This document shows positions 61,589 through 64,000 of a stretch of 64,000 bases of DNA, piece by piece; the stretch's first letter is position 1; every line of letters begins with the position of its first letter. Under the pieces are notes generated by a model. That model did not search any database, was not told where the DNA came from, and was given only the letters and a program-made list of their open reading frames with translations. The position numbers were made by a program, and so were the translations under genes. Origin of the DNA: Candidatus Heimdallarchaeota archaeon (lineage in GTDB: Archaea > Asgardarchaeota > Heimdallarchaeia > Heimdallarchaeales > Heimdallarchaeaceae); NCBI GenBank assembly GCA_021399345.1, contig JAAFKI010000182.1, forward strand, positions 9,937 through 73,936, read 5' to 3'.

Positions 61589-61825
61589 CTAAAGTCCACC
61601 TTTAGTTCTAGCAATCAGATAGCATTTATCGCCATCCATCATTCCTGTTTGTTTCAGTATTTCACTGTCATCAAGTTGCTTACCATGGAAAACTATAATG
61701 ACGGTGTTAGCAGGAATTTTCTTCTTTTTAGCAACTTCTCTCTTTAATTGAGCAACTGTTGAATGTGGATCAACATCTAAATCTATTTTTCCTCCACCAA
61801 TTGCTGTTACTACGGTTATTCTCAC
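61589..61825 (-). CDS. Ubiquitin (precursor with one residue after GG)
   Basis: TVAQLK..., IIVFHGKQLDD, C-terminal ARTKGG-L. Confidence 0.92.
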   Translation of the reverse strand: MRITVVTAIGGGKIDLDVDPHSTVAQLKREVAKKKKIPANTVIIVFHGKQLDDSEILKQTGMMDGDKCYLIARTKGGL

Positions 61826-61932
61826 TTTTGTTCACACCTAAATCTTTCTAAATTTCTATTAACATATTCATTCTTAAAGCTTACCAAATCATTCTGCGTT
61901 TTTGAATTTGCAAAAGCTTAAAATTTTGGAAA

Positions 61933-62355
61933 TTAATAAGTCGTTTTCTTTTCCTTCTCTCCCTTTCTTTTTATTGTTATAGAGGAAGGAATCCCTTCTA
62001 TCTCTCTTTCTAGCTTTTTGACACCTAATCTCGATATCTGTTTTCCTTCGAGAAAACCAATCTTAATCATATATAACACGTTTTTGAAGATTGTTTCTGC
62101 AGTTGGTTTTTTAGATAGATTCTCATATAGATTAATCCAATAATCATAAGCATCTGGAGACAAAAAATATTGCATTAACGCCAATTTATCTTTCTCTTCT
62201 ATACTTGCTGGAGATTCTTCTGCCTCTTTCAACTCTTCCATTCGTTGTTTTCTTAGTTCAGCAATTTGCATTAATTCTTCTGCTTTTCTTTGCTTAATTT
62301 TCTCCAGTTCATCATCAGTTGTCATTGCTGTCTTCATCACAAAGCAAGGAATCAA
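61933..62355 (-). CDS. PDCD5/TFAR19-like DNA-binding protein (divergent)
   Basis: DDELEKIKQRKAEEL, LMQYFLSPDA, SITIKRK. Likely start MTTDDEL. Confidence 0.65.
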   Translation of the reverse strand: MIPCFVMKTAMTTDDELEKIKQRKAEELMQIAELRKQRMEELKEAEESPASIEEKDKLALMQYFLSPDAYDYWINLYENLSKKPTAETIFKNVLYMIKIGFLEGKQISRLGVKKLEREIEGIPSSITIKRKGEKEKKTTY

Positions 62356-62391
62356 GTTATTAAACTTATTTTTTTATCACTTAAAGCAGTT

Positions 62392-63156
62392 CTAAGATTT
62401 GTTTATAGGTAAATGTTTCTCAACAGGTAGGAATCTAGATAAAACATTAAATTTTTCTGCATATTTTACTCCACACTTCATTCCATTGGATCGTCGATTA
62501 ACATCTAACCAATCATCAACTTGTTGCCAATTATAGAAATCTCCATAAAGTTTGGCTACTTCCTTAACTTTCTCAAAAGAGGGAGTTACATCTATGTAGA
62601 TCGTTGGCAAAGGTGATATTTCCTCATGATACATGAAGATTGGAATATGAAGTGGAGGTCTGTAAGGATCTAGCGGCTCTGTTATTTTAGGAATACGCGC
62701 ATATGTGATTGCATCATAGAGTATTTGAGCGGTTCCTCTGTGATCTGGATGTCTTGTGTTCATTGACCATGTTACTACCGCATCTGGTTTGACCTCAGCT
62801 ATCACTTTAGCCATTTTCAGTGCATTTTCTCTTGTATCTCTTACTGATGTATCATCATATCCAAGAAAAAGTGTATCACACCCTATTATTTTTCCAACTT
62901 CTTCTCCTTGGTTTTCTCTAATCTCTTTAATTTCTGAAAAGCTCATACTATTGAAATGAGAAGCCATCTCTCCACTTGTAGTCCATGATAAAACGACTTT
63001 ATCCCCCCTATTAACATGATTTACAAGTGTTCCTATGCATCCTATTTCGTCATCTGGATGTGCAACACAAGCAAAGATTGTTTTGTTTTTATTTATCATT
63101 ACTACAAAATAAGTATAGATGTTTTTAAATTTCATCTCTAAATGGGAATATAACAA
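62392..63156 (-). CDS. PIG-L/LmbE family deacetylase
   Basis: AHPDDE, TSGE, HPDH, YIDVT, YAEKF. Confidence 0.92.
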   Translation of the reverse strand: MLYSHLEMKFKNIYTYFVVMINKNKTIFACVAHPDDEIGCIGTLVNHVNRGDKVVLSWTTSGEMASHFNSMSFSEIKEIRENQGEEVGKIIGCDTLFLGYDDTSVRDTRENALKMAKVIAEVKPDAVVTWSMNTRHPDHRGTAQILYDAITYARIPKITEPLDPYRPPLHIPIFMYHEEISPLPTIYIDVTPSFEKVKEVAKLYGDFYNWQQVDDWLDVNRRSNGMKCGVKYAEKFNVLSRFLPVEKHLPINKS

Positions 63157-63284
63157 TAAGGATACTTATAGAATCCAATAGAAAACAACCATCTTAAATG
63201 AACTAATGTCATAATCAATATAATTGGCTTTAAGAATGAATTTCTAATAGATGTACAAGAAGATAAAATTCTAGGTCTGGTTAA

Positions 63285-64000
63285 ATGTCAAAAAATGGAA
63301 CTAAACCCAAATTTGTAGTTGATTTTCCTGAACTAACAAAACAATGGCATCCTACAAAAAATGGAGATTTTAAACCAGAAAATGCTTCTATATGGTCAAG
63401 AAAAAAAACATGGTGGAAATGTGATAAGGGTCCAGATCATGAATGGGAGACTACAATACATGCAAGAACTTATAGGAGAACTGGGTGCCCGTTTTGCAAA
63501 GGATTAAGAGTTTCTGTAACTAATTCCTTAGTATCACTCCATCCCGACCTAGCTAAAGAATGGCACAAAATAAAGAATGAAGAGCTAAAACTAAATATGA
63601 TTGTTGCTGGTTCACATAAGAGTGTATGGTGGAAATGTGACAAGGGTCCAGACCATGTGTGGAAAACACGTGTAGCACATAGAACAGGAAATGCTAAATC
63701 AGGTTGTCCTTTCTGCAGAGGTCTTAAGCCATCAGAAACTAATTCTTTGGCTTCATGCTATCCAGAATTATCTAAAGAATGGTACCAGGAAAAGAATGGA
63801 GATATTACACCAGATAAGGTCGTTGCAGGTTCGGGAAAACCGTACTGGTGGAAATGTGACAAAGGACCAGATCATTTGTGGAAAGCAGCTCCAAATACAA
63901 GAACAAATCAAAAAAGAGGTTGTCCTTTTTGTGCTGGACAAAAGGTTTCTGTAACTAATTCCTTAGCTTCATGCTATCCAGAATTAGCTGAAGAATGGTA
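63285..64000 (+). CDS. Tandem zinc-ribbon (DUF4379-like) repeat protein, 3'-truncated by the window edge
   Basis: Absent from the ORF track because there is no stop in the window. Translation from ATG 63285 gives at least 3 repeats of P(E/D)L..(E/Q)W...N........S....WWKCDKGPDH.W......R......GCPFC.G.....NSL. Confidence 0.88.
   Translation, partial: MSKNGTKPKFVVDFPELTKQWHPTKNGDFKPENASIWSRKKTWWKCDKGPDHEWETTIHARTYRRTGCPFCKGLRVSVTNSLVSLHPDLAKEWHKIKNEELKLNMIVAGSHKSVWWKCDKGPDHVWKTRVAHRTGNAKSGCPFCRGLKPSETNSLASCYPELSKEWYQEKNGDITPDKVVAGSGKPYWWKCDKGPDHLWKAAPNTRTNQKRGCPFCAGQKVSVTNSLASCYPELAEEW
63320..64000 (+). repeat. Coding tandem repeat, 216-219 bp period
   Basis: TGGTGGAAATGTGAYAARGGWCCAGAYCAT recurs at 63411, 63627 and 63846. 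Confidence 0.85.

Noticed and set aside
63691-63954. 87-aa ORF in the track
   Set aside because: Out-of-frame shadow of the Zn-ribbon repeat gene that starts at 63285.
63320-64000. Periodic DNA repeats as a possible CRISPR array
   Set aside because: The period is 216-219 bp, in frame, with third-position variation, so these are protein-coding repeats. No cas genes are present.

Overview
AT-rich, densely coding chromosomal window from an Asgard archaeon, most likely Heimdallarchaeia. The basis for that call is a bona fide actin, a roadblock protein, a longin-like domain and a ubiquitin-ESCRT locus with a single fused UEV-Vps23/Vps28 ESCRT-I gene. The left part holds aIF5B, tiaS, an hsp20-cdc48-wHTH heat-shock operon, alkylation-repair genes (tag, ogt) around a HEXXH protein, transporters, peptidases, thrS, leuS and a stand-alone FakA-type DAK2 gene. 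The right part holds actin next to pfdB-DUF3194-DHH-ECF, membrane-sector A/V-ATPase genes (C, I, K), and ubiquitin, E1, ESCRT-I, two ESCRT-II genes, two ESCRT-III genes and Vps4. The most striking observation is an A/V-ATPase subunit I of 1067 aa whose cytoplasmic N-terminal domain is tandemly duplicated. This is a candidate intermediate towards the eukaryotic V-ATPase collar subunit C and a three-stalk stator. Other leads are a B-box/Zn-finger-coiled-coil-PH-like protein beside the ESCRT locus and a 7TM-longin fusion. No tRNA, rRNA, CRISPR array or transposase was seen. All calls come from reading motifs by eye; no searches were run.
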